A stretch of 64,000 bases of DNA from an uncultured bacterium (lineage in GTDB: Bacteria; Acidobacteriota; HRBIN11; JAKEFK01): contig CAVYSN010000021.1 of assembly GCA_963771165.1 (NCBI GenBank), positions 264,502 to 328,501 of the forward strand, in the 5' to 3' direction. Below, one piece after another: positions 1 to 9,949 of this stretch. The notes below the pieces were generated by a model. The model was not told where the DNA came from. It saw nothing but the letters and a program-made list of their open reading frames with translations, and did not search any database. How positions within the stretch are numbered: position 1 is the stretch's first letter; every line of letters begins with the position of its first letter. The position numbers and the translations under genes were made by a program.

Positions 1-57
1 AGCAATGAGTCATGAGTAATGAAAACACGGCGTAGTCCCATTGCTCATGGCTCATGA
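1..57. repeat. Family-A hairpin repeat (arms of tandem heptamers GAGCAAT/GAGTCAT), left arm cut by window edge
   Basis: Inverted arms agcaatgagtcatgagtaatg ... cattgctcatggctcatga. Same motif at 7313, 17033 and 29405. Lies 10 nt beyond the OPT stop codon. Confidence 0.8.
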
Positions 58-67
58 TTTTGGCACT

Positions 68-1894
68 TTACCGGGAGAGAACGCCGGCAACGACCAGCAT
101 CGCGATCACGACTCCCATCAAGCTTTCACCGGCAATCATTCCGGATGCCACCGGGAACACCGTCATTTCTGCAAGCAGTGGTTTTTTCCTGTTCAAAAAC
201 GCCGCAATCGCTGATCCAATGAACATGGAGATGCTGTTGCTGCCCGGTACGACCATCGATATGCCAAGGCCGTTTGCGGACGGAACGAATTTTTTTAGTC
301 GGTTCGGTGCAAAACGCTCTAAAAGCGCCAGAACGACTCCGAGTAACCCGCCGTAAAGAGCAGCCATTCGTGCCGAAGGATCAAGCGCGCTGATTCCGTT
401 GGAAAATGCTTTGGAGACACCGGCCCATACAAGACATGCCGGCGCCGGCCATTCCTCGGTTCCCAAAAGTGCAGGATCCGGAATGATCAGCCAGAATGCT
501 GGAACCACAACCAGTGCTCCGGCAACAACTCCAAACAATTGTGCTTTTAATTGTTGTCTGGGATCTGCGCCAACCATGTATCCGCTTTTCAAATCCGTGA
601 GCAGATCTGCTGAGTGCAATCCAACGCCACCAGTGACATTTCCGCTCATGATGTTTCCAACCATATTCCCCGGTGTCAGGATCCCATAAATTAATTGCGT
701 CACAGGGCCCAGAGCTTTTGTCGGTGTTACGTCGGTTTCACCTGTAACGCGAGCAGCAACAAAACCCATAACCACCGCAAGAGGAACAGCGACGAGTCCG
801 GCCCACCATGGGATTTGAAAAAGCAAGACCATCAACAAAACTACGATGGGAGCGAGCGTGAAATATCCGGCCGGAAACCACCAATCCGGGGCTTCAACGG
901 CTGCAACAGGATCATTCTCTTCATACTTTTGTCGCATGATAATTCGTTTGATTCCGGCGAAGGAGCGCCAGATGCTTTTGTATTCGAGCGCGAACGTTGT
1001 GAATCCTGCGGCCACCAGCAAGGAAGCTCCGGGCCAGAGCGTCCAATTCACGATCGCTTTATAGCTGACTTCAGGAATCAGACCGCGCGCAAACAACGCA
1101 GGCGCAAGCACTCCGTATGTAAGAAAGCCACCGAGTAATAACGACCAGCCGGATCGAAAACTCATCAAGGCGCCGGCGCCGATGAGAATGAATTCGCTTT
1201 TCAATGAGAGCGTCCAGTCTTTTGCGGCGCGGCCTGCAATTTGAAACGGCACCGGGATCGTGGCTGCAATATTGAACGGCATCCAATCCGCTTTTGCATC
1301 TCGAAACCAGGCCAGTACAGCCGCTGTTGCACCGCTGATGGCGAGTAATTTCGCTTTGATCAGTCCGTATCCCTCGCCTGCTTGATGCAAGGATTTGAGT
1401 GTTTCGCCCGTTGCTAAACCGGTAGGAAATGGAAGCTGTTCGCGATTGATGAGCTGCCGCTTCACTGGAATCGCAACGAATACACCCATGGCTGCAATGA
1501 CGCTGAACCACAAAACCATCATCGTTGCATCCGGTCGAATGGAAGTCAGCATCAACAAAGCTCCAAAGGCCGCCATGTTTCCGCCACCCGTCATGTACGC
1601 AGCGGCTGAAGCAACGGATCCCATCGCATTGTTCTCCAGGATTGTGAATTCCGATTTCGTGAGATGCAGCGAACGAAGCAGATGAAAAAAGGCAAAAGCC
1701 AGAATCACAGCTGTAACCGTGACACCCATGCTCCAACCCGTCTTAAAAAACACATACAGATTGGAAAGGCACATGATGCCGCCGATTACCATGCCGGCAA
1801 GCACCGCGCGTGTGGTTAGCTGCTTGACGCCCGGGCGGTAAACATTTTTAACCCAGTAAATTTCCGGATCAACAGATTTTTCTTGTTCCAGCAC
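68..1894 (-). CDS. OPT-family oligopeptide transporter (polytopic membrane protein)
   Basis: Uninterrupted 608-aa ORF with many hydrophobic segments and the sequence pattern of bacterial OPT transporters. The overlapping + and - ORFs in the track are shadow frames. Confidence 0.8.
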   Translation of the reverse strand: MLEQEKSVDPEIYWVKNVYRPGVKQLTTRAVLAGMVIGGIMCLSNLYVFFKTGWSMGVTVTAVILAFAFFHLLRSLHLTKSEFTILENNAMGSVASAAAYMTGGGNMAAFGALLMLTSIRPDATMMVLWFSVIAAMGVFVAIPVKRQLINREQLPFPTGLATGETLKSLHQAGEGYGLIKAKLLAISGATAAVLAWFRDAKADWMPFNIAATIPVPFQIAGRAAKDWTLSLKSEFILIGAGALMSFRSGWSLLLGGFLTYGVLAPALFARGLIPEVSYKAIVNWTLWPGASLLVAAGFTTFALEYKSIWRSFAGIKRIIMRQKYEENDPVAAVEAPDWWFPAGYFTLAPIVVLLMVLLFQIPWWAGLVAVPLAVVMGFVAARVTGETDVTPTKALGPVTQLIYGILTPGNMVGNIMSGNVTGGVGLHSADLLTDLKSGYMVGADPRQQLKAQLFGVVAGALVVVPAFWLIIPDPALLGTEEWPAPACLVWAGVSKAFSNGISALDPSARMAALYGGLLGVVLALLERFAPNRLKKFVPSANGLGISMVVPGSNSISMFIGSAIAAFLNRKKPLLAEMTVFPVASGMIAGESLMGVVIAMLVVAGVLSR

Positions 1895-1909
1895 GAATGA
1901 ATCATAGCA

Positions 1910-2104
1910 TCACAGCTTCATCTTTTCAGCCTCTTGTGGCACGAAATCCAGATAAGCGCGGGTCGCCTCTTCAAGATGATTGATTTGCGAAGCCATCCTG
2001 GCTTTCTCCGCATCAAAAGGGGCCGGCTGCTGCTGCGCGCCCGCTGCGATCGCAAATAGCGCACAACTAAAGGCCAGAACGGTGATCTTCAAGCAGAAAT
2101 GCAT
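1910..2104 (-). CDS. small secreted hypothetical protein
   Basis: An internal ATG of the 93-aa ORF gives MHFCLKITVLAFSCALFAIAAGAQQ..., a signal-peptide-like start. It overlaps the upstream gene end by 38 nt, so it may not be a real gene. Confidence 0.35.
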   Translation of the reverse strand: MHFCLKITVLAFSCALFAIAAGAQQQPAPFDAEKARMASQINHLEEATRAYLDFVPQEAEKMKL

Positions 2105-2492
2105 CGATTTCCTCCGGAGAGTAGGTTCGACCCTGGTTGATTCCTTCACATTCCTTAGCGGCTTCCTTCCAACCTCCCGGCCTTTTGACATTTTCCGGCC
2201 AAAAGGGAAATGTGCGGCATTGAGTTGGTCTCACAGGATAAATCCTGCATCCGGATTCATAGAATACGCAATCACCACTCTGTTCTTCTATCAGGCTCCA
2301 GCGGTTTCCCACTTTCCGGACGTACTTCGCCAAGAAATCACGGAACCGGATTCCAAGGAATTCGGCGATTCTGTGCATGTCTTCGATTGTAATCCACACA
2401 TAGCCCGGCTTTCCGATGCAGCATTTGCCGCATTGCGTACATTCGAATTGAAGACCCTCTTTATACCAAGTCATATTAGAGCTAACCACCAA
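2067..2492 (-). CDS. YkgJ-family Cys-cluster (CxxCxxCC) metal-binding protein
   Basis: Motifs ECTQCGKCC and CVFYESGCRIYPVRPTQCRTFPFWP. Confidence 0.75.
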   Translation of the reverse strand: MVVSSNMTWYKEGLQFECTQCGKCCIGKPGYVWITIEDMHRIAEFLGIRFRDFLAKYVRKVGNRWSLIEEQSGDCVFYESGCRIYPVRPTQCRTFPFWPENVKRPGGWKEAAKECEGINQGRTYSPEEIDAFLLEDHRSGL

Positions 2493-2573
2493 GACGCCAA
2501 ATTCACCAAGTACGCCAAGGTTATGAATTTTCTAGAACTTGGCGTTCTCCGGGCTTTTGGCGCTTTGGCGGTT
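2484..2573. repeat. Family-D hairpin repeat (arms of C[AG]CCAAG units, 8-9 nt period)
   Basis: aaccaccaagacgccaaattcaccaagtacgccaagg ... cttggcgttctccgggcttttggcgctttggcggtt. Fills the gap between the YkgJ-like gene start and the purA stop. Confidence 0.75.
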
Positions 2574-2577
2574 CCTC

Positions 2578-3825
2578 TTACATAAGGGTGTCGAATGCAG
2601 GGTAAAAAACGGTATCATCCCGTTCGGGTGAAGTAGAAATCATTGCTACAGGCACTTTCAGAAATTCTTCAATGAATTCCAGATACTTTCGTGCGTTCAT
2701 CGGAAGATCTGCGAGCTTTCTCAATCCATATGTATTGCATTTCCAGCCGGGAAATGCACGAAAGACCGGTTTACAACCTTCGACATCATCGTTTGAAGCA
2801 GGGAATTCATGGAGTCTTTTACCATTCAATTCATATTCAATACAGACAGCGATCTCTTGAAATTCGTCAAGGATGTCGAGCTTCGTGATGCACAATGCGT
2901 CCATTGCATTGATCTGCGATGCATAATTCAGTGCCACAAGATCCAGCCAACCGCAACGGCGCGGCCTTCCTGTGACGGACCCGAATTCCTTTCCACGATT
3001 ACGGATCGTGTCACCGGTAGCATCTTTGAGTTCGGATGGAAATGGCCCACTCCCCACACGCGTCGCGTAAGCCTTCGATACCCCAAGGACTTTATGAACG
3101 TGCTTGGGGCCAATTCCAAGGCCGGTGCTGATTCCTCCCGCGGCGCAACTACTGGATGTCACAAACGGATACGTGCCATGATCGACATCCAGCATGGTTC
3201 CTTGCGCGCCTTCAAAGAGCAATCTTTTTTCTTTCCGGACCGCCTCCGCCATAAAAGAGGAACAGTTGCATACGTATTTGCCGATCTCATTTCGAAACTC
3301 CGGAATGCGCGCTAAAAAATCGTTTCCTTCAGGTTTATCCTTATAAATATCAAGCAAGCGTTCTTCAAAGTTGGATTGCATTAGATCGCTGATACGAAAA
3401 CCACGTCTGGCCGCCTTATCCTCATAAGCAGGACCGATGCCTCGTAATGTCGTTCCGATCTTTTGCGTTTTTTCTGCTTCCTGCTCCCGCCATCTATGAT
3501 GAGGAAGAATCAAGTGCGCTCGATCGCTGATGTTTAAACGGCCATCAAAAGTAAAGCCGGATCCTTCCATCCTTTTGATTTCGGCCAGCAGCGCGGCAAG
3601 TTCGATTACGACACCATTTCCGATCACTCCAATTTTTCCGCCCCGAAACATTCCGGAAGGAATCAACTGAAGAATGTGGCTTTTGCCTTCAATCACAACC
3701 GTGTGACCTGCATTGTGTCCTCCCTGATAACGGGCAACAATGTCGTAATGCAGCGAAACCAGATCTACAATTTTGCCTTTGCCCTCATCTCCCCATTGTG
3801 CGCCAACAACCGCTAAATTCGCCAT
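2578..3825 (-). CDS. purA: adenylosuccinate synthetase
   Basis: 415 aa, full length, with the N-terminal GAQWGDEGKGK P-loop. Confidence 0.95.
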   Translation of the reverse strand: MANLAVVGAQWGDEGKGKIVDLVSLHYDIVARYQGGHNAGHTVVIEGKSHILQLIPSGMFRGGKIGVIGNGVVIELAALLAEIKRMEGSGFTFDGRLNISDRAHLILPHHRWREQEAEKTQKIGTTLRGIGPAYEDKAARRGFRISDLMQSNFEERLLDIYKDKPEGNDFLARIPEFRNEIGKYVCNCSSFMAEAVRKEKRLLFEGAQGTMLDVDHGTYPFVTSSSCAAGGISTGLGIGPKHVHKVLGVSKAYATRVGSGPFPSELKDATGDTIRNRGKEFGSVTGRPRRCGWLDLVALNYASQINAMDALCITKLDILDEFQEIAVCIEYELNGKRLHEFPASNDDVEGCKPVFRAFPGWKCNTYGLRKLADLPMNARKYLEFIEEFLKVPVAMISTSPERDDTVFYPAFDTLM

Positions 3826-3859
3826 AGCGTTCCATATTGTATCACTGCGGTATTCTTAC

Positions 3860-4012
3860 GGTTTGTAACGCCCGCGAGACTATCCCAAAAATCAGTTGGA
3901 GCGCGGACTTCCAGTCCGCAAAAACTGATAATTTCGAAGAGTCTTTGCGGGCAAAGATGCCTGCCCGCGCTCCCACTAGAGGCCCGCCAGAGGCGGGCGT
4001 TACAAATTGTGG
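3860..4012. repeat. Family-E composite structured repeat
   Basis: 14-bp perfect inverted pair tttgtaacgcccgc (3862-3875) / gcgggcgttacaaa (3993-4006). It encloses the hairpins gcggacttccagtccgc (3903-3919), gcgggca..tgcccgc and gcccgcc..ggcgggc. A 22-nt identical core recurs at 22337-22358. Confidence 0.75.
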
Positions 4013-5535
4013 CGCAGGATAGTTTCCACCGCATGAATGATCTCATCCCCTTGAACCATCGCGGTGATTGTCTGTATGTCGCCCGCAAGAACGCGGTCCT
4101 CTTCCAGCACCGGGACTTTGAAACGGATCAGTCGATGCGCCTCTTGCAGCGGTGTTGAAGATTTCAGCGGCGCCAGCAAATCGAGCGCTTGTGCCGCGCA
4201 CATCAATTCAATTGCAATCACGTGGGAAGCATTTTGAACAATCTGCTGGTACTTCAGGGCAGCAGTCACACCCATACTCACATGATCCTCTTTATTGGCA
4301 GAGGTGGGGATTGTGTCCACGCTGGCCGGATGAGCGAGCACTTTATTTTCGGAGACAAGCGCCGCAGCGGTTACCTGAGCCATCATGAAACCGGAATGCA
4401 ATCCTGAATGCCGGCTTAAGAATGGAGGCAATTCGCTTTGAGATGAATCCATCAATAGTGCCACACGGCGCTCTGAAATACTCGCGAGTTGCGCCACAGC
4501 GATGGAAAGGAAATCAAAGCAGAGGGACATCGGTGCGCCATGAAAATTACCGCCACTGAGCAGGATATTATCTTCGGCAAAAACAAGCGGATTGTCCGTT
4601 CCTCCATTCAGCTCAATCGCAATCCAATCTTCGCCGACCCGCAGCGCATCACGAACGGAACCGTGGACTTGCGGCATGCAACGCAAGGAATATTGATCCT
4701 GAACTTTGTGCGCCGAATCGCGATGAGATTCGCGGATCAGACTTCCTTTTAATAAATCACGAAGATTTGACGCTACTCGAATGGCCCCGGGATGGGGTCT
4801 GATATTGACAATTCTCTCATCAAACGCCGTGTCCGTACCGCGCAGAACATCCAGGGACATCGCTCCCGCAATATCTGCTATCTTGCTCAATCGAATTGAG
4901 GTGTGCCATGCCAGAGATCCGACAGCAGTCATCGCTTGCGTTCCATTGATCAAGGCGAGCCCTTCTTTTGCTTGTAGTGAAACCGGCTTCAATCCTTTTT
5001 CCTGAAGAGCCTGTTTTGCAGGAACCTTTTGTGATTCCGAAAAGACCATTCCTTCTCCAACCAGCACCAGTGCGAGGTGTGATAGCGGAGCCAGATCGCC
5101 ACTTGCTCCAACAGATCCTTTGGAGGGGATGACCGGATGCACCCTTTGGTTTAACATCTCCAGAAGCAAGTGAATCAACTCGGGTCGTACACCGGAGTAA
5201 CCCTTTGCAAGAACATTTGCGCGCAACAGCATAATGGCGCGCGTGACCGGAACCGAATAAGGTTCGCCGACCCCCGCGGAATGACTGCGGATTAGATTCA
5301 GCTGAAGCTCGTTCACGCGATCATCTTCGATTTTTATGTCGCTGAGTTTCCCGAATCCTGTGTTCACTCCGTAAACAATTTGATGACTCGCAAGAATCTG
5401 CTCTATAACAGCACGGGAACGCTGAACTCGAGTCAAGGCTCCGGGCGCAAGCGAAACACGAGCGTCACCCAGCGCCACAGCTTCCACATCCTTCAGAGTC
5501 AGATGATTTCCATCAAGGAGAACTTCTTTTGTCAT
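4000..5535 (-). CDS. hutH: histidine ammonia-lyase
   Basis: [11 protein letters not shown], the MIO-forming Ala-Ser-Gly motif. Start moved to ATG 5535 (MTKEVLLDG) because the 28 upstream codons translate the hexamer repeat. Confidence 0.92.
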   Translation of the reverse strand: MTKEVLLDGNHLTLKDVEAVALGDARVSLAPGALTRVQRSRAVIEQILASHQIVYGVNTGFGKLSDIKIEDDRVNELQLNLIRSHSAGVGEPYSVPVTRAIMLLRANVLAKGYSGVRPELIHLLLEMLNQRVHPVIPSKGSVGASGDLAPLSHLALVLVGEGMVFSESQKVPAKQALQEKGLKPVSLQAKEGLALINGTQAMTAVGSLAWHTSIRLSKIADIAGAMSLDVLRGTDTAFDERIVNIRPHPGAIRVASNLRDLLKGSLIRESHRDSAHKVQDQYSLRCMPQVHGSVRDALRVGEDWIAIELNGGTDNPLVFAEDNILLSGGNFHGAPMSLCFDFLSIAVAQLASISERRVALLMDSSQSELPPFLSRHSGLHSGFMMAQVTAAALVSENKVLAHPASVDTIPTSANKEDHVSMGVTAALKYQQIVQNASHVIAIELMCAAQALDLLAPLKSSTPLQEAHRLIRFKVPVLEEDRVLAGDIQTITAMVQGDEIIHAVETILRHNL

Positions 5536-5552
5536 GGAAATATTGTACGACG

Positions 5553-5638
5553 GATAATCGTAATCGTGATCTTGTTCTTGATCGTAATCATAATCATGCT
5601 CGATCAAGATTACGATCAAGGATCAAGATTACGATATT
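5553..5638. repeat. Family-H dyad of tandem hexamers (8x NTNATC then 6x GATNAN)
   Basis: ataatc gtaatc gtgatc ttgttc ttgatc gtaatc ataatc atgctc | gatcaa gattac gatcaa g gatcaa gattac gatatt. Located in the hutH/hutU divergent intergenic region. Confidence 0.85.
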
Positions 5639-5663
5639 CTCTGTGCTAAACTACGGATCTGCT

Positions 5664-7307
5664 ATGCGAAACATTAGCGCGCCGCGTGGAAAACAACTCA
5701 GCTGCAAAGGGTGGTTGCAGGAAGCCGCCATGAGAATGTTGATGAATAATGTGGATCCTGAGATTGCGGAAAAACCGGAAGAGTTAATTGTGTACGGCGG
5801 ATCCGGGAAGGCCGCTCGCAACTGGGAATGCTTCGATGCGATCGTGAGAAGTTTGCGTTCACTGGACAATGATGAAACGTTGCTGGTGCAATCGGGAAAA
5901 CCAGTCGGTATTTTCCGAACCCATGAAGACGCTCCTCGAGTGTTGTTGGCGAACTCAAATCTTGTTCCTGCCTGGGCAACCTGGGAAGAGTTCTGGCGGC
6001 TCGAAAGTATGGGATTGATCATGTATGGCCAGATGACGGCGGGTAGCTGGATTTACATCGGCACTCAGGGCATTTTGCAAGGCACGTACGAGACATTTGC
6101 TGCAATTGCGGACCGGCATTTTGGCGGTACGCTGAAGGGCCGTTTTATTCTGACCGCAGGCCTGGGTGGAATGGGCGGAGCTCAACCGCTCGCCGCCACA
6201 ATGAATGAAGCGGTCATTCTGTGTGTCGAAGTCGATCCGCAACGCATCGAACGAAGATTGCAAACGCGCTATTGCGATAGCGCTACGAATAGTTTAGAAG
6301 AGGCGCTGAAGCTGGTGATGCAGGCAAAGAAAGAAGGGCGTCCGTTGTCTATTGCATTGCAGGCGAATGCGGCGGATGTTTTTCCGGAACTGGCGCGTCG
6401 TGACATCATTCCAGACATTGTGACGGATCAAACTTCGGCTCATGATCCTTTGAATGGTTATATTCCGAACGGTTTGCCGGATGAAGATGTAAAGGAGCTT
6501 CGCCAGAAGAATCCTCAGGAGTACATCCGACGTTCCTATCAAGCAATGGCCGAACACACGCGCGCCATGGTTGAAATGAAGCAGAAGGGGGCCATTGTTT
6601 TTGATTATGGCAACAACCTGCGAGGACAAGCTTTCAAGGCAGGCTATACAGATGCGTTTGCATTCCCGGGTTTTGTCGTAGCGTATATTCGTCCCTTATT
6701 TTGTGAAGGGAAGGGTCCCTTCCGGTGGGTTGCGCTATCCGGTGATCCGGCTGACATTCACCGTACGGACCGTGCCATCCTGGAAATGTTTCCGCACAAT
6801 GATGCGCTTGCGCGTTGGATTCGATTGGCAGGAGAGCAAGTGAAGTTTCAAGGTCTGCCGGCGCGTATTTGCTGGCTCGGATACGGCGAACGCGCGGAAT
6901 TCGGCGAACGAATCAATCAACTGGTGAAACGCGGCGAAATCAGCGCTCCCATTGTAATCGGTCGAGATCATCTGGATTGCGGATCGGTTGCATCACCGCG
7001 GCGCGAAACGGAAGGAATGAAAGATGGCAGCGATGCGATTGCGGACTGGCCCATCTTGAATGCAATGTTGAATGCCGTTTCCGGGGCGACGTGGGTTTCG
7101 TTTCATCATGGAGGGGGGGTCGGCATCGGACAATCTCTACACGCCGGAATGGTGATTGTTGCTGATGGAACCGACGCAGCGTCTAAACGACTGCAGCGAG
7201 TGCTGACCTGCGATCCGGGAACCGGAGTCATGCGTCACGTTGATGCAGGCTACGAAAAAGCGATCGAAGTCGCCCGCGCCAAACACATTAAAATCCCAAT
7301 GCTTTAA
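5664..7307 (+). CDS. hutU: urocanate hydratase
   Basis: 547 aa from ATG 5664 (MRNISAPRG...), urocanase-like over the full length. The upstream 45 codons of the track ORF are repeat translation. Confidence 0.95.
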   Translation: MRNISAPRGKQLSCKGWLQEAAMRMLMNNVDPEIAEKPEELIVYGGSGKAARNWECFDAIVRSLRSLDNDETLLVQSGKPVGIFRTHEDAPRVLLANSNLVPAWATWEEFWRLESMGLIMYGQMTAGSWIYIGTQGILQGTYETFAAIADRHFGGTLKGRFILTAGLGGMGGAQPLAATMNEAVILCVEVDPQRIERRLQTRYCDSATNSLEEALKLVMQAKKEGRPLSIALQANAADVFPELARRDIIPDIVTDQTSAHDPLNGYIPNGLPDEDVKELRQKNPQEYIRRSYQAMAEHTRAMVEMKQKGAIVFDYGNNLRGQAFKAGYTDAFAFPGFVVAYIRPLFCEGKGPFRWVALSGDPADIHRTDRAILEMFPHNDALARWIRLAGEQVKFQGLPARICWLGYGERAEFGERINQLVKRGEISAPIVIGRDHLDCGSVASPRRETEGMKDGSDAIADWPILNAMLNAVSGATWVSFHHGGGVGIGQSLHAGMVIVADGTDAASKRLQRVLTCDPGTGVMRHVDAGYEKAIEVARAKHIKIPML

Positions 7308-7312
7308 AGTCA

Positions 7313-7366
7313 CAGATGAGCAATGAGACCGTTTTCGGAATTCTCATGACTCATTGCTCATTGCAT
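7313..7366. repeat. Family-A hairpin repeat
   Basis: gatgagcaatgaga ... tctcatgactcattgctcattgc, between the convergent hutU and dcd stops. Confidence 0.8.
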
Positions 7367-7376
7367 TGGCACTCCG

Positions 7377-7895
7377 TTAAAAGTTTCCTTCCCGCTGGTT
7401 GCGGAATTTCCCCTTGTACTTGGCCTCACCGATGGTGCTCTGAAAAATAAACTGGCAGATCGGGGTTCCGGGAAAGAGCGCCATGGGGGTCGGTGAAAAG
7501 TTGCTGATCTCCAAACATTGTTTGTTTTCAATTCCCGGTTGCATAAAGCTTGCCGAAATATGCACCAGCAATCCCAGACGTGAGAACCGGCTTCTTCCTT
7601 CCAGCCAGCCGCACAGATTCGATGCCAGTGTTATTTTTTCTACAGTAATTCCCAACACGGTCTCTTGCGGCATTAGCAACAATCGATCCGAAACGATGAT
7701 CCGGTCGGTGATCTCTTCGTAATTCGCATCGGCGGTCACGCGAACGATGTCATGGACCTTCCGAAACACCCGAAACTCATTCCCGAGATGCAGATCTACA
7801 CTCGCTGGTCCAACACATTCCGGATCATAAGGATCAATGATGATGCGGCCTGACGAAATCTCCTTTAAGATTTCATCGTGAGTCAAGATACTCAT
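7377..7895 (-). CDS. dcd: dCTP deaminase
   Basis: 172 aa from MSILTHDEIL with dUTPase-fold dCTP deaminase sequence (ASVDLHLG..). The rest of the 228-aa track ORF overlaps the upstream gene. Confidence 0.88.
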   Translation of the reverse strand: MSILTHDEILKEISSGRIIIDPYDPECVGPASVDLHLGNEFRVFRKVHDIVRVTADANYEEITDRIIVSDRLLLMPQETVLGITVEKITLASNLCGWLEGRSRFSRLGLLVHISASFMQPGIENKQCLEISNFSPTPMALFPGTPICQFIFQSTIGEAKYKGKFRNQREGNF

Positions 7896-8311
7896 GCTTG
7901 ATTTGCAAGTGAGAGATGTTCCCACATCATCATCCGCTCCACTTGCTGAAACGCCCCTCCCGCGAGTCCGCGCAAAGTCTGCCGAAAATGATTGTACGGT
8001 TCCCAGTGCGCATCCATGAATTGCGTTACCAGATGAAACAATTGATTGCCCCGGTTGTCCCAATCGGTCAAAATCACCGCTTCGACGTGATTCTCGGAAT
8101 ATTCTTCACAGAATTGTTGAATGCTGCGTCCCGAATGCAGCTTCACAATCTCACCTTGCATCCCCAGCGCCCGTAAAGTCTGAACATCACGAAATCCTTC
8201 CACAATTATCGGGACCGATTGATTGATGTGATTCAATTCTTCTAAAAATTTTTTGGCTTGTTTGTTACGCATTGTGGCCTCTATTCTCGGTCGAGGATTT
8301 TTGAGTGTCAC
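7892..8311 (-). CDS. small Toprim-domain protein
   Basis: Toprim signatures IIVEGFRDV (Glu) and ILTDWDNRG (DxD). Its stop overlaps the dcd start (ATGA at 7892-7895). Alternative start at 8272. Confidence 0.6.
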   Translation of the reverse strand: MTLKNPRPRIEATMRNKQAKKFLEELNHINQSVPIIVEGFRDVQTLRALGMQGEIVKLHSGRSIQQFCEEYSENHVEAVILTDWDNRGNQLFHLVTQFMDAHWEPYNHFRQTLRGLAGGAFQQVERMMMWEHLSLANQA

Positions 8312-8588
8312 TTTTCACCCTTTGTTGTTTTCTATGATAAAGCCATCTAGTATCTATTGCAAATTTCACCCACTACCGCTTGTGGACCACACAGTTTCAA
8401 AAAAGCATTCTTTTTGATCAAGTCGACTAACTAATTGTGCAATCGAAGGTTAACGGAACGCGGCTAAATATCGCTCTTGTAGTTTTCCACAGGTTCTGTG
8501 AATAACCTGTGGATGCCATGTGAAGCCCATGGATGGCTTCTCTTCAAGGAAGGAAATATTTGACTCGACGAGGAAAAAAGCGGACGGA

Positions 8589-9785
8589 CTATCGTTTGAT
8601 GACCAGAACCGTGCGGTCATCTTTTGCTTTTGTGTGTGCCATAAAATTTTCATTCGCAGAAAAAATCGCTTCACAAATTTCTTTGCTCGTGGCTTCACGA
8701 TTTTTCCTTACCACTCTCTTGAGGCGTTCCGTTCCAAATTCTTCACCGATAGGATTCGTTGCCTCCGTGATGCCGTCCGTATACATCACAAGTAGATTAC
8801 CTGCTTCGAAATAGGCGAAGCCTCTTTCATACTTCGCTTTCGGATAAGGCCCGAGGATCAAACCTCCGCGCGACAGTTCGTGCACCTGAGTATGCCCGAA
8901 AAAAAGAGGCGGATGATGTCCGGCGTTGCAATAAAAAAGATTGCCGTTATCTTCCAGTTCCGCATAAAACAACGTAATAAATTCATGACTCTTGCCGGCT
9001 CGCGCCAGAACATGATTCAGTTTCTGCATCGTCCGTACAATTTTGAGGTCTTTCTCAAGCCCCATGCGCAAGCCAATATACACATCACGCACCTGCAGGG
9101 CGGCAGGGAGTCCATGACCGCTCGCATCGGCAATCGCCAGACCGAGAATGGTGTCCGAGATCGGAATCACATCAAAAATGTCTCCGCCTACGATCTCAGC
9201 GGGAATGCTTTTGCCGTGGATGTCGAATCCATAAAAATCGGGAAACTCTTGAGGCAGCAGCCCGATTTGAATTTTACGGGCTTCAGAGATGTAAAATTCC
9301 AGACGGGTCGCCCGAATCTTATAATTCGCGACATGCCGGATTAAAGTTAAAGTGTACTCAACCTGATCTTCATGAACCGGTTCGGCCAGGGTAAAAGAAA
9401 CAAGATATTCGTCACTTTCACCCAGCACGATGGCGGCAAAACGCCGGACTTCAAGCGGTCCTTCAATCTGTGGATCAAAACAGGGATGGTTTTCTCCTGC
9501 AAGGATCTGCCCTTCTTTTCGTAATACCTGCACACAGGGATACTCCATCGAAATGGAATAATCCTCCGGTGCGCGAGAATCTCCCGCCTGGGATATCAGT
9601 TGATAATGGCGGTTTGTTGATTCATAAACTCTGCCCCCTCGTATTCCCAGTTCCGAGCCGAGCTCCTGAATGATCGAAGTCAGAATCGACTGCAACATGA
9701 CGCTGATCGCCGTAGAAGACTCGATTGTTTCAACCAGATTTTCCAGCTTGATTAAGAGTGTTCGATGGTCCATAGATTTCGCCAA
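8589..9785 (-). CDS. GAF-sensor PP2C/SpoIIE-type serine phosphatase (RsbU-like)
   Basis: C-terminal PPM motifs DASGHGLPAAL and YTDGITEA, with an N-terminal GAF-like domain. Confidence 0.85.
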   Translation of the reverse strand: MAKSMDHRTLLIKLENLVETIESSTAISVMLQSILTSIIQELGSELGIRGGRVYESTNRHYQLISQAGDSRAPEDYSISMEYPCVQVLRKEGQILAGENHPCFDPQIEGPLEVRRFAAIVLGESDEYLVSFTLAEPVHEDQVEYTLTLIRHVANYKIRATRLEFYISEARKIQIGLLPQEFPDFYGFDIHGKSIPAEIVGGDIFDVIPISDTILGLAIADASGHGLPAALQVRDVYIGLRMGLEKDLKIVRTMQKLNHVLARAGKSHEFITLFYAELEDNGNLFYCNAGHHPPLFFGHTQVHELSRGGLILGPYPKAKYERGFAYFEAGNLLVMYTDGITEATNPIGEEFGTERLKRVVRKNREATSKEICEAIFSANENFMAHTKAKDDRTVLVIKR

Positions 9786-9949
9786 TAGTATAGGTTCAAA
9801 CAGTCAAAGTTCAATGTTCAGGGGGGAAAGGTGATGTGTTCAGACGTTTGTGATAATCTTTTTAACAGAAGTTAGCAAAGGTAGCGAAGAATCTTTTATT
9901 TTCTTTATTTCCTTCGCTTTCTTCTGTTTAAATTTCTTTCGTTCAGCTC

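Noticed and set aside
1071-1736. Long antisense or alternative-frame ORFs inside real genes (also 12527..13105, 19853..20596, 21662..22264 and 39187..39723).
   Set aside because: They fully overlap strongly supported genes, have low-complexity or Arg/Cys/His-rich composition, and match no recognisable family. They are shadow ORFs.
5536-5619. Acidic N-terminal extension of HutH ([22 protein letters not shown]..) and the matching extension of the hutU ORF.
   Set aside because: Both are read-throughs of the hexamer repeat. Conserved HutH and HutU sequence begins at the internal ATGs 5535 and 5664.
5553-5638. Tandem short repeats here and in the other hairpin families as a CRISPR array.
   Set aside because: The units are 6-9 nt and directly abutting with no spacers. 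The arrays are self-complementary dyads, and there are no cas genes in the window.
7377-7895. dCTP deaminase (and the dGTPase-like gene at 15240-16373) as nucleotide-depletion anti-phage defence genes.
   Set aside because: Both have the size and sequence of housekeeping enzymes, lack the extra sensor or kinase domains of defence versions, and sit among core metabolic genes.
8355-8373. Sigma54-like element (minus strand tgggtgaaatttgcaa) upstream of the Toprim-dcd operon.
   Set aside because: The GG-to-GC spacing is off by one and the -24 box is not TGGCAC, so the support is insufficient.
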